Assembly: GCF_009914755.1 (NCBI RefSeq)
Contig: NC_060941.1
Direction: 5' to 3' (one strand)
DNA from: the human T2T-CHM13v2.0 reference genome, Homo sapiens
Length of the DNA stretch: 64,000 nt
The notes beneath the pieces are model-generated. The model searched no databases. It saw only the letters and a list, made by a program, of their open reading frames with translations, and was not told the origin of the DNA. Below, in pieces: positions 31,646 to 45,898 of this stretch (positions are counted from its first letter, which is position 1; each line of letters begins with the position of its first letter). The translations under genes were made by a program, and so were the position numbers.

Positions 31646-32121
31646 TATATACAAATTTAAAAGTGGACATTGTTCCCCCTGCTCCAACCCAGACTTTTGA
31701 CTTTGCTGTCAAAATCTAGGAAACCAGGTCATTAAGGAGACCACTTAGGAGTCTCTAGTTTAGTCCATCATAGAAGAGATAAAGCCTGAGCTAAGGCCAA
31801 GGCAGTGGGAATAAGAATGGAGAGGATGGGATGGCTAAGAGAGGACTCAATGGCTAGAAGTGATGGGGGTTGAGAACTGGTGATATGTAGACTACTCAGA
31901 AGGTGACATCAAGGCTAATTTCTATGCCCTACCTTCAGTGGCAGAGGAAGAGATGGTGTCATTTGAACAAATCGTGGAATATAGGAATGTAGTTGGACAT
32001 GCTTAGTAGTCAGTTGGAAATACATGTAACCTATGTGGATTGTGATCAAAATGCAACTTTCTACTTGCCTTCATTGACTCTTTGGATTTTATTGAGAAGC
32101 TGGATCTTCCCTTGGCCCTGA

Positions 32122-32550
<429 letters not shown>

Positions 32551-33459
32551 GCTTATGTTTTGTTTAAGTCTCATTTTAGTAAACTGAAATGTCCCTCCAG
32601 GAAATGTCTAAATTGGCTTAATAGCAAATCTTCCCTCCTCCTCAACTCACAAATGCTCCAGGATGAAAACCCACTCTGGGGAAGAGGGTGATTGTACACC
32701 TCTCTGTATGTTCCCTGTTTTCCTCTCTCCCACTAGTTGGCTGCTTTTTCCTGTCTGCCCAACAGAGTCAAAGAGGATGAGGCTAACCGGGGAGGAGAAG
32801 AAAGAGAAAGGGGTATTTATATGGATGGTGCCAAATTCTCCAGTCCTAGTAGATGGTTAAGGCTGGTATTCCTGGTGGGCCAGGCACCTGAGCAGCGCTG
32901 CACTATTTCCCCTTGGGCACTTTCACGAACTGCTCATTCATGCGGCTGTCTTGACCCAGGCAGATACATCACTATTAGACAGGTAGTTTCACTGCCTTTC
33001 CCACCACAGAGCATGCTCAGAACACCTCCAGCCTCTTTCTGTGGAGGTCTCCTCACCTTTGCAGGCCACTCTGCTAAAAAAGACCCACGATGATGCCATG
33101 TTTGCTCTCTCTTTTTGATAGGGACCCACATTTGGTCAATGGAAACATATCCCTCCCTCACCCAAGAAAAGTCAACACTTCTCACAGCTTACCGTAGATA
33201 ACTAGATTCTCAAGGCAAGCATGAGTTCTCCATGCTTCTGAACTGCAAGAACTCTTTTCAAAGCTTTGCAAGTGACCTATTTTAAAGCCCCATTTACTCA
33301 ACCTGGGATAATAGATAATACACCATACCTCCCCAGTGAAGGGAGGATGAGTATCCATTGATGAAAAAACTCTTCAAAAAGCATCTTTACAGATTTCCTT
33401 TCCCCTCTTGGACTCCTGTCCTGCTTTATTGTGGGTTGTTTTTTGTTTGTTTTTTGTTT

Positions 33460-34130
33460 TTTTAAAAAACTTTACATGCAGTGAAATGCATAGGTCTTAA
33501 TTGTGCAACTTGATGATTTTTGATATATGCGTACATTTGAGCAACTACCACACCAGTCAAATTAGAGAACAAACTAATCACCCAAGAACGTTTGCTCATT
33601 CCCTCTTTCAGTCTATCTTCATTTCCATAGACAACCACTGGTCTGATCTCTATCACCCTAGATTAGAACCTGTTCTTGAACTTGATATGAAAGAAACTAT
33701 ACAATAGGTACCCATTTGTATCTGGCGTGTTTTGCTTAAAATAATTTTTGAGATTTCTCAATGTCATTGCATGTATCAGTAGTTTATTCTTTTCTCTTCC
33801 TAACTAGTACTCCATTGCATGAACTTACAAGAATGTGTTTATCCATTTTCCTGCTGGCAGACATTTGCACTCTTTCTAGTTTGGGGCTATTGTGAATAAA
33901 GCTGATATAAATCTCTCCTGGACCTAGAAATGTGATTGCTGAGTCATAGAATAGATAAACGTTCAACCTTACGAAAAATTGCCAAAGCATTTTCCAAAGT
34001 GCTTAAATCATTTTACACTCCCACAAGCAGGGAATGAGAGTTACAGTTCCTCTACATCAACACTCCCATCTGTTGTCAGTTTTCGTATTTGCGACACCCA
34101 CTTTTGTGGGTGTAAAATGGTATCTCGTGC
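33460..34130 (-). mobile_element. Old L1 (L1M/L1ME-like) 3' fragment
   Basis: ACAACCACTGGTCTGATCTCTATC...TTATCCATTTTCCTGCTGGCAGACATTTG...TTGCCAAAGCATTTTCCAAAGTG...GTAAAATGGTATCTC are typical antisense L1M 3' motifs. Confidence 0.75.
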
Positions 34131-37100
34131 TTTCACTTTACATTTCCAACACTCTTCTTCCTCATTGCCCTATCCAGTTCCCTTGCACACTGTTTGGCCT
34201 TACAGAATTCGAGAGACATCAGATCTGATGACCCTGATACTCTTTTGGAACCCAGATGTTTATTTCCTTTCTTTAGATAGGAGGAGTTCAGATATCCGTT
34301 TTTCTTTTGACTTTTCATTTTTGCACCTGCCTCAGCACTGTATGAATCTAGCTAGACCCATGTGGGGACGTGCCAAGCTCTGTGAAGAAGCTGATTATGC
34401 TGGTCCTCTAGGTCCAGCTGGTGACAAATAAGGCTGGGAATTCAGGAGTGTCTAATGTGAGACTTTCAGGCTCACTTACAGGCAGCTTGGGAGGTGGAAG
34501 AAATCAAGGGATAAGGGGGGAAAGTCAAAGCCCAAATAAACATCTGGCCTTCTAGGTGGCACTTATGCAAATTGGTCTAATTCCTGGAACTGTGAGGAGC
34601 TGACCCACCTCTATGCAAATAAAGGACCTTTAGAAAGACAATGTTTGTGGGACTTCTGCACTTTATAGCTTAAAGCCCCTGGAAAGGGTAAGATTTGCTC
34701 CTATTCTGAATTTCCTACATCTCTGTAAATTTAGAAAAGAGACACTTCTCTTCAAGGGTTTCCCAAAGCAGAACTAGAAGGAGTCTGGGTCCTCATTTTC
34801 CCTCTTGGTTGAAGCCCCTGGGTCTCAGAATCATCATGTGTGTGTCCTTCCCAGTCAACAGATCTGCCTCCCTCCAGAGCCAATTTTGAAAGTCCCTGAA
34901 ATTTCTGAAGTCCTCACTGAACATGAGCACACATCTGACCTCTCAGTGGATTTCATCACCCAGCTGGCCCCTATGTGAACCCCTGCCTCCATGGAGAATT
35001 CTTGAAATCTATCCCATTCTCCACCTACAGCTGTTTTCTGGGATTTAAGGGGGAAAAAAAATGACATGGCATATTTAATTCTCCCCAATGCCCCTGCCCC
35101 TTGAGCCCCTATTCCCACCAAGACTCCTTTCCCTCCAATGTTCACCTGTGTTATCTGATCATTTTGATTCTACCATAGTGCAAGTAGGCAACTATGAGAA
35201 CCAAGCTTGCACCTCATGCTAGACAACAAAATTAAGACGGCAGGAACACAACCTGAGCCAACAGCATAACAGACATCAGCCATGCATAGTAGTCAATCAA
35301 TAGACATGAGACCAAATAAAATCCAGCTTCTGGCTAGAGACCAGAGCCCACAGCTGTTCATCAAAACCGTCCTCATGGGCATACAGTGTGGAAAGAACTG
35401 ACATGCTCAGGTCTATCCAGCCGCATTGCCCAGGAAGTCATAATCGTCAAGACGACCAATGTTTCTTGCTCATCTACTACCTGACAGGCTCATGCTAGAA
35501 GCTAGTGGTACAGAGGTGAACAGGACAGAGGGACCCCACACCTAGTAAGAAGAGACCAACGTTAAACAAATGATGTTAATAAATTATGGATATCTATGTT
35601 TCTTCATTAAACATAGTCAAGGGAGTTAAGCAAATAAAGAGCTTATGGTCAGGAGTTCCCTAACTTCTAAAATTCATCATCTAAACGTGTGTTGCTTTTA
35701 AATACCAAACAAAAAATAAAAGATTCCTGAATAAATAAATAGGTTACCTGAAAAAAAGTAATATCCTGATTTGTACAGCCACTTGTCATTTGATCACCAA
35801 TTGGATTACTCTACATAGCAAGATTATACTTTATTACTGCATTAGTGATTCAACTGAAATGATCATTACTATTCATTATTGATGGTGGGAAGTAGAGAAG
35901 GAGTAGCAAATTCTTCACTTTCTCAGAAACTCTTTGTCTCTTCTGATATGATATCTGCACTCTTCCTTCAAGTTGTCACATTTTCAGTCTTCATTTCTGA
36001 GAGCTACCCGACCTAAAAGTCTCTCTGGAGAAAGAGTCCAGTTGTTCTTGAATGAGAGCCAATGATTATGACTAAATGTCTTTTCTGCTTATTCAGTGAA
36101 TCATCCTGGTCGATCGGTCATTGGAAAATGCCATCTTAACCTGCTGCTGACTTTATGTGCCAAGAACCCAACAAAAAACAGGTTTCAACAAAGTTGGGGG
36201 AACTTACATGAGATCGAAGAAAGAACAGTCATGCTGCACGAATAGATTCAATGGCAGTTATGGGGCCTATTTGTCCATGTTCTCTGATATATTTAAAAAA
36301 TCATTCAATATCTGTTTTTACAGTCTGGCTTGGAGAGTGAAGAGGGAGGAAGGCCACAGGGCACATCTGATGACCTCCGGATACTCTTTTTGGTGATACC
36401 CAACGAGCTGAGGAGCAGAATCTTGACAGACTGCAACCCCCCCTCAGGCTTGGGCCCACCCCACAAGCTGCTGTTGTCCTGCCACAGCTGTTTCCGTTTT
36501 TTATTACAATTTTCTCCGCCTTTCATTTTTCAGGCCAAAGAGAAGCTCGGGGGGCCCATCTGTTCCTCTCTTGCTCTTTTGCCTGTTCCCAGAAGCAAAG
36601 CTCACACATGCACGCGTGCACACACACTCCACACCAGACCCCACAAGCTCCTTTTAGGACAATGAATGGGAACCAGAAGTGAACATCACCCACCCAGCAA
36701 CACTCCAGGGACCTGAAAGGAAAGGCGGCCTTTTGGGGGAGGAGGCGGTGTCCTCAGAAAGCCCTGATGGAAGAGCATTCTGTGGAAGGAGCATCGGATA
36801 CAGGAGCAAAAGCTTCTCGCGAAAACAACAGGTTTTCTTTCGAGGAGGACTTTTTGTTTTGTTTCTGTTTTTACTTCAACTTATTAAAACAAACACACAA
36901 AACAGGGCTCGCAGTGCAAATTATCTCAAGTCCAGAAAACCTAAGACAAATGATCTTGGGCTGAAGAAAAACATTAGAAACTAATTGATAGAGCAACTTA
37001 CCCCTCAAGATGGAGTGAAACAGTGTCACTTTTAAAACAAAAGGCAAAGTCCGTATGGCCCCAAGTTCAAAGCTAGGTCTCTGAAGACATGGTCACATGA

Positions 37101-37467
37101 AAGTACCAAAATTGAACTTTTGAAGACTGTTCTTCCTTCATTATGGAGCAGGAGTAAGTCTGCATGTCCTGTTCATTTTTCCTTCCCAGTGCGTCTCTCC
37201 AGAGCCACCCACCCAGAAAAAGCTATTGCAGCTCAGGCTACAGTTGGTGCCATTGTCTCCTCACTTATACTGTCATCCAAGCATTTGGAAACACCAGTTG
37301 TCTTGTTTCTGGATTGTTTGGGAACCAACAGCATGGGATCCTAAGGACCACTCTGAGTCAAGTGAAACTTTCTAATTTTTTTCAAGCACACCTCTCCTCA
37401 ATGGATCCATCTCCAGCCACCTCTCTGGATAATCTGTCCCACGCCCCATTGCACTGTGGGATGATTC

Positions 37468-37724
37468 ACGTGGGTTTCATAGCCTGGGCACAACTGCATT
37501 TTGTGGCATTTTGTTGCAGGGGGACTGTTCTGTATATTATAGGTGTTTTAGGGGGACTGTTCTGTATATTATAAGTGTTTAGCAGCACCTTGGCCTGTAC
37601 CCACTAAATGCTAATAACACCCCTCTCTAGTTTCAACAACCCAATATTGTCTCCAGATATTTCCAGATGTCCTTGGATTGAGGAGGGTTGGGTTGGGGGG
37701 AGAAGGAAAACTGCCCCAGTTGAG
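37468..37724. mobile_element. MER20-like hAT element with an internal 32-bp tandem duplication
   Basis: TGTTTAGCAGCACCTTGGCCTGTACCCACTAAATGC...TGTCTCCAGATATTTCCAGATGTCC...CTGCCCCAGTTGAG. Confidence 0.75.
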
Positions 37725-38576
37725 TTGATCTGTTAGAGATCATGCCTTTAAGAAGGTGGCATTCATGGGAAGCCAAGGTGGGCGGGTCACCTGCGGTCAG
37801 GAGTTCAAGACCAGCCTGGCCAACGTGGCAAAACCCCATCTCTACTGAAAATACAAAACTTAGCTGGATGTGGTGGTGGGTGCCTGCAATCCCCGCTACT
37901 CGGGATGGACGTGGTGGCAGGCACCTGTAATCCCAGCTACTCGGGAGGCTGAGGCAGGAGAATCACTTGAACCTGGGAAGAGGATGTTTCACTGAGCTGA
38001 GATCCCACCACTGCACTCCAGCCTTGGCAACAAGAGCGAAACTTGGTCTCCAAAAAAAAACAAAAATAAACAAACAAAAAGAAGACGGCATTTCAGAAAG
38101 GGAGAACAACCCATGAACAGTAATTACGATCTGGGATAGGTGTATAGGAAAGATCAGGTGTCAGAATACATATTTATTGCATTGATTTTTAAAAGCACAT
38201 TTTGTCTTTCAGCCAATTGTATCTTAGATTTGACCAAATGCAAGTTCGTTCAATATGCTTTGGTAGTTTAGAGGAATGAATGATTCTTTTAGCTTGGGCA
38301 CAAGAGTGGAGAGGACAAGGCTCAGGAAAGGCTCGAAGTTGTGGGATGGACAGAATTTGAGCAGAAGACAATGGGGACAAACACTTTAAGGGAAAGAATA
38401 GAATAAACAAAACATACAGGTAGTGAATGGGAGTGGTGGGGAGAGAGTGAGAAAGGCAAGGTTGCATAGGGAAGCTCAGGCATTTCTGGATTTTATTATG
38501 CAAATCAGAGAGGGTCAAGAGAACCCCTGCATGAGAGGGTGGGGAAGTAGTGGTGAATAATTATGGCTGCATTTCA
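37725..38576 (+). repeat. Left arm of local inverted duplication (interrupted by an Alu)
   Basis: Reverse complement of 39747-40260, roughly 90% identical in the core by eye. Confidence 0.95.
37766..38078 (+). mobile_element. 5'-truncated AluS inserted in the left arm
   Basis: Alu consensus; TSD AAGAAGGTGGCATT (37750-37763) / AAGAAGACGGCATT (38079-38092). Confidence 0.92.
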
Positions 38577-39746
38577 CAAGATCCTCAGTCTGGGATATAC
38601 TCCCTCCTATTACCTCTCCTTGTTTAGAACTTTGAAGACTTGAGTCATCTCCTCCAAAGAACTGGAGTTAGTCACCATTAAGCTGTGTGTTCTATGTTCC
38701 TATGTCTTGTTCCTGTGTTATATAGCTATTTCTTGTATTTTGTGTTGTCATTGCTTCCCAACTGTTTTATACGGCTTTGTCTCCTTGACAGCAACACTTC
38801 TCAAGCATCTGGACCACAGGAGTTGTGCTTTCCTCCCTCTTAGGTACCACCTGTAGCACTTAGCAACCTGTGCAACATTGCACTCATCTCAGAGTACCTG
38901 GCACGTAGTAAGCCCTCAATAAACATCAGTGGCAGGAGGGAAGAATAGAAGGAAGAAATGAAAAGAGGAAGGAAGGAGGGGAGCAATGGAGGGAAGGGGA
39001 GAGGGAAGAAAGATATCAAATGACTTCTTGTAGAACTAGAAAATGAGCAGTTCTCCTAAATTGTTTCTGTCCTGATCCAAGTACTCCTTTGTGCCCTTAC
39101 TGGCACCTGCTTCCCAAATTACTGGAATCATCAGAAAGCCTAAGTCCAGGTGGCCTTGGCTTTGGGCCTGGACGTAAAGATTTCTTTCTGATGACCTCAG
39201 TTTGAAAACTTCCCTAAATGCAACAGTCACGCACCAAAAGCTATGGCTTCTGTGTTTCCAGTTCTTCCCCCACACTGTAGAACACACTTAGGAGCTGCTA
39301 CAAGTAAAGCCAGGGCCTTATGTCTCCTCCATCCAAACACTGAAGAACTAAGGCCACCTCCAGGATGCAAGTGAAGGCACACCATTGCCAAACATGTGGA
39401 GGGCATGAAAACAAAGCAACCAAAATGGGCAGCCTCTCACCACCCCTCCCATAAGGCATAGCCACAGGGATTAGAGTTGAGGCAAGGTCTGTTCAAGATT
39501 GCAGTGGGACTGAAGCGGATAACTGAAGCTGGAGAAGGAAGACAGAGTCAATTCATTTAATTTTCCCAACAATTTCCAAGGTCATTTCAAAGGGCACATG
39601 AGATAATGACTGCTGCATTGTATGGGGCCAAGAATTGGGCTTCCCTTTCTCTCCATTACTTCTCCACCAGGCTGTCATAATAGCCTTCCAAGTCACCTCA
39701 CGCTCTACCTCCCATTGACCTTCTGTGCCCCTGTCAAATCAAATCC

Positions 39747-40260
39747 TGAAACACAGCCCTAATTATTCACTGCAGCTTCCCCACCCTCCCATGCAAGAGT
39801 TTTGTTGACCTTCTCTGATTTGCATAATAAAATCCACAAACCCCTGAGCTTCCTTATCCCACCTTGCCTTTCCCACCTCTCTCCCCTCTACTCCCATTCA
39901 CTGCCTGTATGTTTTGTTTATTCTATTCTTTCCCTTAAAGTGCTTGTCCCCATTGCCTTCTACCCAAATTCTGTCCATCCCAAAAGTTCAAGGCTTTCCT
40001 GAGCCTTGTCCTCTCCACGCTTGTCCTAAGCTAAAAGAATCTTTCTTTCCTCTAAACTACCAAAACATATTGCACGAACTTGTATTTGGTCAAATCTAAG
40101 ATGCCATTGGCTGAAAGACAAAATGTGCTTTTTAAAATCAATGAGATAAATATATATTCTGACACCTGATCTTTCCTATACATCTATCCCGGATCGTAGT
40201 TACTGTGCATTCCCTTTCGGAACTGACATCTTCTTAGAGGCATGATCTCTAACAGATCAA
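39747..40260 (-). repeat. Right arm of local inverted duplication (no Alu)
   Basis: For example GGCATGATCTCTAACAGATCAA (ending 40260) is the reverse complement of TTGATCTGTTAGAGATCATGCC (starting 37725). Confidence 0.95.
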
Positions 40261-41107
40261 TTTTTGTGTTTCTTATCAATCCTAGCATAGTGCTGGTGCT
40301 ATATTCACAAACACACATCAGTATACATTCATATGAATATGGAAAAATGACAGTAAGAGTGAAAAGCATTTCTGCCCTAAAGAATCCTTATATATTAAAT
40401 TCATTAGGTTTTATAGTTTAAAATGTGTACTTAAATATTTTTAAAACCCTGACTCACACATTTTAAAATATTGACTTATATTGACAAGATACAGACACAT
40501 ATGCATGCTAATGAGGAACAGAATAAACATCACAAACTATCAAAACTATCAAGGTATTGCACCTGAGCACCTGCTAAGTGCAGACACTGCAAGCTGGCTG
40601 ATAGATGCATTTTATTTTAATCCTCGCAGCAGCCCTATGAGGTAGGTACTGGGATCCGCTTGTTATAGATAAACAACCAGAAGCTCACGGCTTTAGGTCC
40701 CAGCTCGCAAGTGGCTGGGGCAGATTTGAATGCACGTTGTCATAATGCCAAAGTCTGAGCTCAAGAATTTCTAAACAATGTCTCGTCTAGTTTTCTCATC
40801 AAAGAGGCAAAAGGCATTCGCTCTCCTAGAAATGACCAAATCTCATGCCAGTCCCACAGTTGCTCTGCTGACACTCAAGAAGGAAGTAGGGTACCTCAAA
40901 ATATGGTTCCAAGAGAGGCCATAGTGGGAGTCATGGCATTTTCCTTCTTCCTCAGAGGGAGAAACCAGCAAGGATCTTCCCACTTGGCTTCCTAGAGATT
41001 GCAGATAGGAAAACAAAAGCAAATAAATAAAAAGCAAACAACAAACCAAAGTGTGTTAGCCTGGCCTGCTAAGAAGCAGATGCTGAGATAAGATTAAATG
41101 AGCAAGG

Positions 41108-41418
41108 ATTTTATTTTTTTATCATTTTATTTGTGAAGGGTCTCACTCTGTCCCCCTGGCTGGAGTGTGGTGGCGCAACCATAGCTCACTGCAGTCTAGA
41201 ACTCCTGGGCCTAAGTGACCCTCCTGCCTCAGTCCCCCAGGTAGCTAGGACTACAGGTGCACACCACCACGCCTGGCTAATTTCTTTTTTCAGTGGTTTT
41301 GTAGTAGCAGAATCTTGCTATGTCGCCCAGGCTGGTCTCAAATTCCTGGCCTCAAGTGATCCTCCAGCCTTGGCCTTCCAAAGTGCTGGGATTACAGGTA
41401 TAAGCCACCGTGCCCAGT
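41108..41418 (-). mobile_element. Alu (AluJ-like)
   Basis: GGGTCTCACTCTGTCCCCCTGGCTGGAGTG...CATAGCTCACTGCAG...GCCACCGTGCCCAG. Confidence 0.92.
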
Positions 41419-41431
41419 CTCATACGTGAAG

Positions 41432-41778
<347 letters not shown>

Positions 41779-44299
41779 AAGTGAAAATTTTATTAAAGGA
41801 AATGCTTGTGAGGGCAGGGGGATGGGGCAGGGGGTAGAGAGAGCTGGAAAAGTTGGGAAGGACATCAGACCTCAATGCAAATCTGACCCTGAGTTAAGGA
41901 GAGAAGGTTGGGTAAAAGCCTCCTAGACCACTGGCCAAGGCCACAGGGGAACTGTCAAGCCAAAGCTGAATCTCCCAAGAACAGGTCTTCCTTAGCACAG
42001 CATCCTTGCTGCACTCAACCATTGGTCAGGAGCAGCCTATGGGAGGCGTGGCTTTGGAGCAAGCTTGGCATTGAGTTTCAGAGAGCAGATGCTCAGGCCT
42101 TTGGTCAAATACACTCCTTGTAGTTGAAGGTGCAATCTCATGGAGCGGGAGAGGGGGAATCACTCAAATGGATTAAAATATATTGTGTGCATCTGTGTTG
42201 AGGTGGCTGCATGGATGCTGAAGGAAGGGATGGGACTGGCTCAGCCCATGAGCTAGAGAACCCTTGAAAACTACGGTCACAGCTGTTGCCTTTTCTCATA
42301 CACTCTGTGAGTCCAAGTAACTACTATTCTTATTTCCCCTTAGCTACCACACTGTGTGGAGAGCATGATAAAAGACCCTCAGTTTTCTTTATTATGAATG
42401 CAGTTAGGCTTTCCTTTTTAACTATAAAGATATCAGGCATGCTGTGAACACCTTATTACAGATACCCAGAAATAACTGGAAGAACCCCTGCTGTCCAGCT
42501 CCCAGTGGAAACCTCCACTAACCACTGCATATGTGTCCCTTCCATTGCTTGTGTGCCCTGCAAATGCAAACGAGAAGTAAGGCAACACCATTTATTGGAC
42601 TTCTATTTGTTTAGCTCCTTGTGCTGTGCACCTGTCTCCTTTGATCCGCACTATGACCTTGTGAGATAGGGCCCTTTAGCTCTACTTTCTAGGTATACAG
42701 AAGAGGAAGCAGCAGTCAGAGGAACTAATGAGACACTGAGAGTCAGAGTAGGCCTGAAAACCAAACTAGGACCAGAAAGCAAGGAGCTGGCAGCAAACGA
42801 CACAGATCAGATCCTCACCTATGACCCTAAGCTTCCGGGCAGCGGGGCTGCAGCTCATACCACGGCAGATACTGCCTCCTCCCAAAAATGACACTAGAAT
42901 GTATCCCTCAACAGAAGAACTCTGGAAAAGTTCCCCGTATTCTCCCTGAGAGAGAGATCGGGTCTCTTCCTTCTATGAGTGTCACTATTGCATTTTGACT
43001 CAGGATTCAAGGGAGAAAAAGAAATCTATCCACTTATTTGTCATAATAATTGCCTCTCTTGCCTTTTGATTATTCGAATCAAAAACTATATCAGGGAGGA
43101 GGTGATTCCTGGAAAGGATGCAGAGTTCCCATCCCTATAGCATGTAAGCAGACTATTTTATAACCCCCAATTCTTAGTCACACTCTCAACTGACAGTATA
43201 TGCTTCTGAAAAGACAGATGATATCCCAGAAAGAGAGAACATAATACCACCAGAGCTGCTGAACTTGCACCATGTTTACTTTTGATCATCTCTCTTTATA
43301 GGGCTCTGGGATCTGCCCACTGGACTTTATTTTCCACCTAAGGGATTATTACCCTTGCTGGGCCCTGAGTTCATTTTCACCCCCAGTGGTCTCAAGCCAT
43401 AAATTTCAAACTGCTTTTAACATGGCCAGACAGATTTGTAAGACTCCTATAGACAGCATACAATTAACCATCTCCTGTCAGCTGGAAAATCAGTTCAATA
43501 GCCATTCAAGTTCATGTCCAAACCCCTTTACATTAACGAAAGCTTAGAAAGGTTCCTCGACTCTCAGAGCTAGAATCTCTCAGAAGCCATGGAGACAGGA
43601 GGAACTCTGAAAGGGGAGATAGAGTCAGCTACCAGAAAGGAGGGCTCTGCACATGTCAGATGCTCATACAGGTTATAAGTCAACACAGTAGCACCAGTTA
43701 CTTTTTTTTTTTTCACCCTGATCACTTTTTTGGAGCAGCTATGCAAGTAAGTCCTACAAGATACCAGCCTGTTGATTTTTAGTAGTCTGCTCTGTCCCTG
43801 GAAATTGATGTGCAAGTAGATACTTACCAGGGGCAAATAGCAAAATGGCCAAGTGAACATGCTTGTCAGTGGCTGAGGGCACTGGCATGAATCATAGAGT
43901 CTACAGATTATTTCTGTAGCAAAGTAGAAGGAAACACTGCTGCACGGAGCAGGTCTCTCATCCTTGGCATTGGGGCCGTGGCCACCAACTCAGAAGAGAA
44001 GCACCATAGCCAAGCATCGTGATGGGTGATGCCCAGAGTAAATGCATGTGTCTTTCCAATGAAAGTGTGGGGCGAGACTGATTATTGCGCAGACTTCACG
44101 AGCCAAGATGGTGGGGGACTAATACAGATAAAAGACAAACAAGAAAGCCTTCCATAATCCTGGCTCAACTTACCTTGCTGATTTGGTATCTTACTATTCT
44201 CCTGCTCTTCAACCATTCTATGCTCCATTCACATCAAATAACTTATTATTCCTCCTTCTTTCTCCTCCTCCTACTTCCTCTTCTTCTTCCCCCTTCTGT

Positions 44300-45550
44300 C
44301 TTTCCTTTTTCATCCCCAAATCTCTTGGGTCTGCTTTTGCTAATATTCCTCCTTCCATCTGAGATGCCTTTCTTTTTAACTGTAAATCTCTATATATTCA
44401 AATTCTACTTGGATTTCAAATCTCATCTCAAGTGTTACCTCCTTCTTTTATAAAGCCTTCTGTTATTACCCCTGAATTCCATTTTATGGCAATAAGAACT
44501 TTTTCTTGGAGTAGTACTTTTTGTGGTTATATCTTCTCTCCTATTATTAGATTGTACATTCTTTGAAGGCAAAAGTCATGTTCAATTCACCCTGATAAAG
44601 CTAGAATGAATACAACAATGCCTTAAACACAGTATGTGATAGGCACTCCATAACCACTAATATGTTAATGAGGACACGGAGGTGTAGTCAAACAAATAGA
44701 CACACTGGCTAGATAGCTTCATCTGCATACAGTTTTTCAACTTGTCCAAGACTGAAGTCATCTTGTCCCCCAAGTCTTTATTTTCTGTTAGAGTGAGGGG
44801 TCTCAACACCATCCAGTTAAAAATTCTCAAAGCATCCTCAACTCTCCCTACTCCCATGCCTTTACAATCAATCCCCAAGGCCTCCTGATTTTACGTACCA
44901 AACATTCCTTTAACCCGTACCCCTCTTCCCTGCAACCACCGTCCTAGTTAGAAATCCTTTCTCCTAGATTATTGCATCATCCTTCTTATGGGTTTCACCA
45001 ACTCAAGGGTTACACTTGTCTACTTCATACTCCATTTTGTCCAGTGAGTGATCAATCTAAAACAATCCTGATTGTACCAATCTCCCAGGTTAAAATATTT
45101 CAAAGCCTCCCCCTTGCTTATAGAATAAAGTCCAATCTTTTTAATCCAGCCTGGAAAGTTCTTGGTTATATGGTCTTTCTCTACTCTGAAGAGCTTTATC
45201 TCTTGCCTCTCCTTTCTTTGCTCTTTAAGGAGAAAGCAACGCTGTACCCCTTGATGCTCCTTGCTGTATCTCCCCTAGCTGTGGCTGCACATGAGTGATC
45301 CTCTGTGCTGATCCTCTGATCTCTTCTCCTGGGTACTCCTGCTTACTCATCCTCTAAGCCTTAGCTGAGAGTAAGCCTTCCCTCCTCCTGGGCTGTGTCA
45401 GCCTCTCCACTGCACTCTCAGACCACTTTCTTATTCTCTCCTCCTACCGTTTACCACATTACATTGCAATCATCTTTTCTCATACCTGCCTCTCTCATGA
45501 GACTGAGCCTTCTGTGATAATGATCAGTATTTTATTTTATTTGCATGTGC
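44300..45550. mobile_element. Degenerate L2 fragments
   Basis: Pyrimidine-rich sequence with L2-like motifs (CAAATCTCATCTCAAGTGTTACCTCC, CCTTGCTTATAGAATAAAGTCCAA). Confidence 0.55.
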
Positions 45551-45898
45551 AACCAGAATAAAGAGTAGCCCCAACCCCCCGCTTTTTTTTTGTCACTTTG
45601 TAAATGTCATTGGGGCAATATGAAACTTTGGTAGAATGCTTTATTTCCTAATTGCTAAGATTCCTACTACTTCCAAAGATTCAGAAGGAAAACACGATGC
45701 TCCAAGACGGGTCAGGACTCTTGCCCAGCTAGCTTTCATCTGGTTCATCCTGGCAAGATTGGGAGAGTTGATGGAAATACTTCAACTTCCCTGTACCCAA
45801 GCCAAGGGTTCTTATTATGAGATGACCTCATTAGTGACACATCATTATTTTAACCATATTCAAAACTGAGATGTGTGGAGAAATAGAAAGTAAAAAAT

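Noticed and set aside
38189-40099. Similar short ORFs in the two inverted arms suggesting a paralogous gene pair
   Set aside because: The frames are not preserved between arms (indels, different stops); the similarity reflects DNA duplication only.
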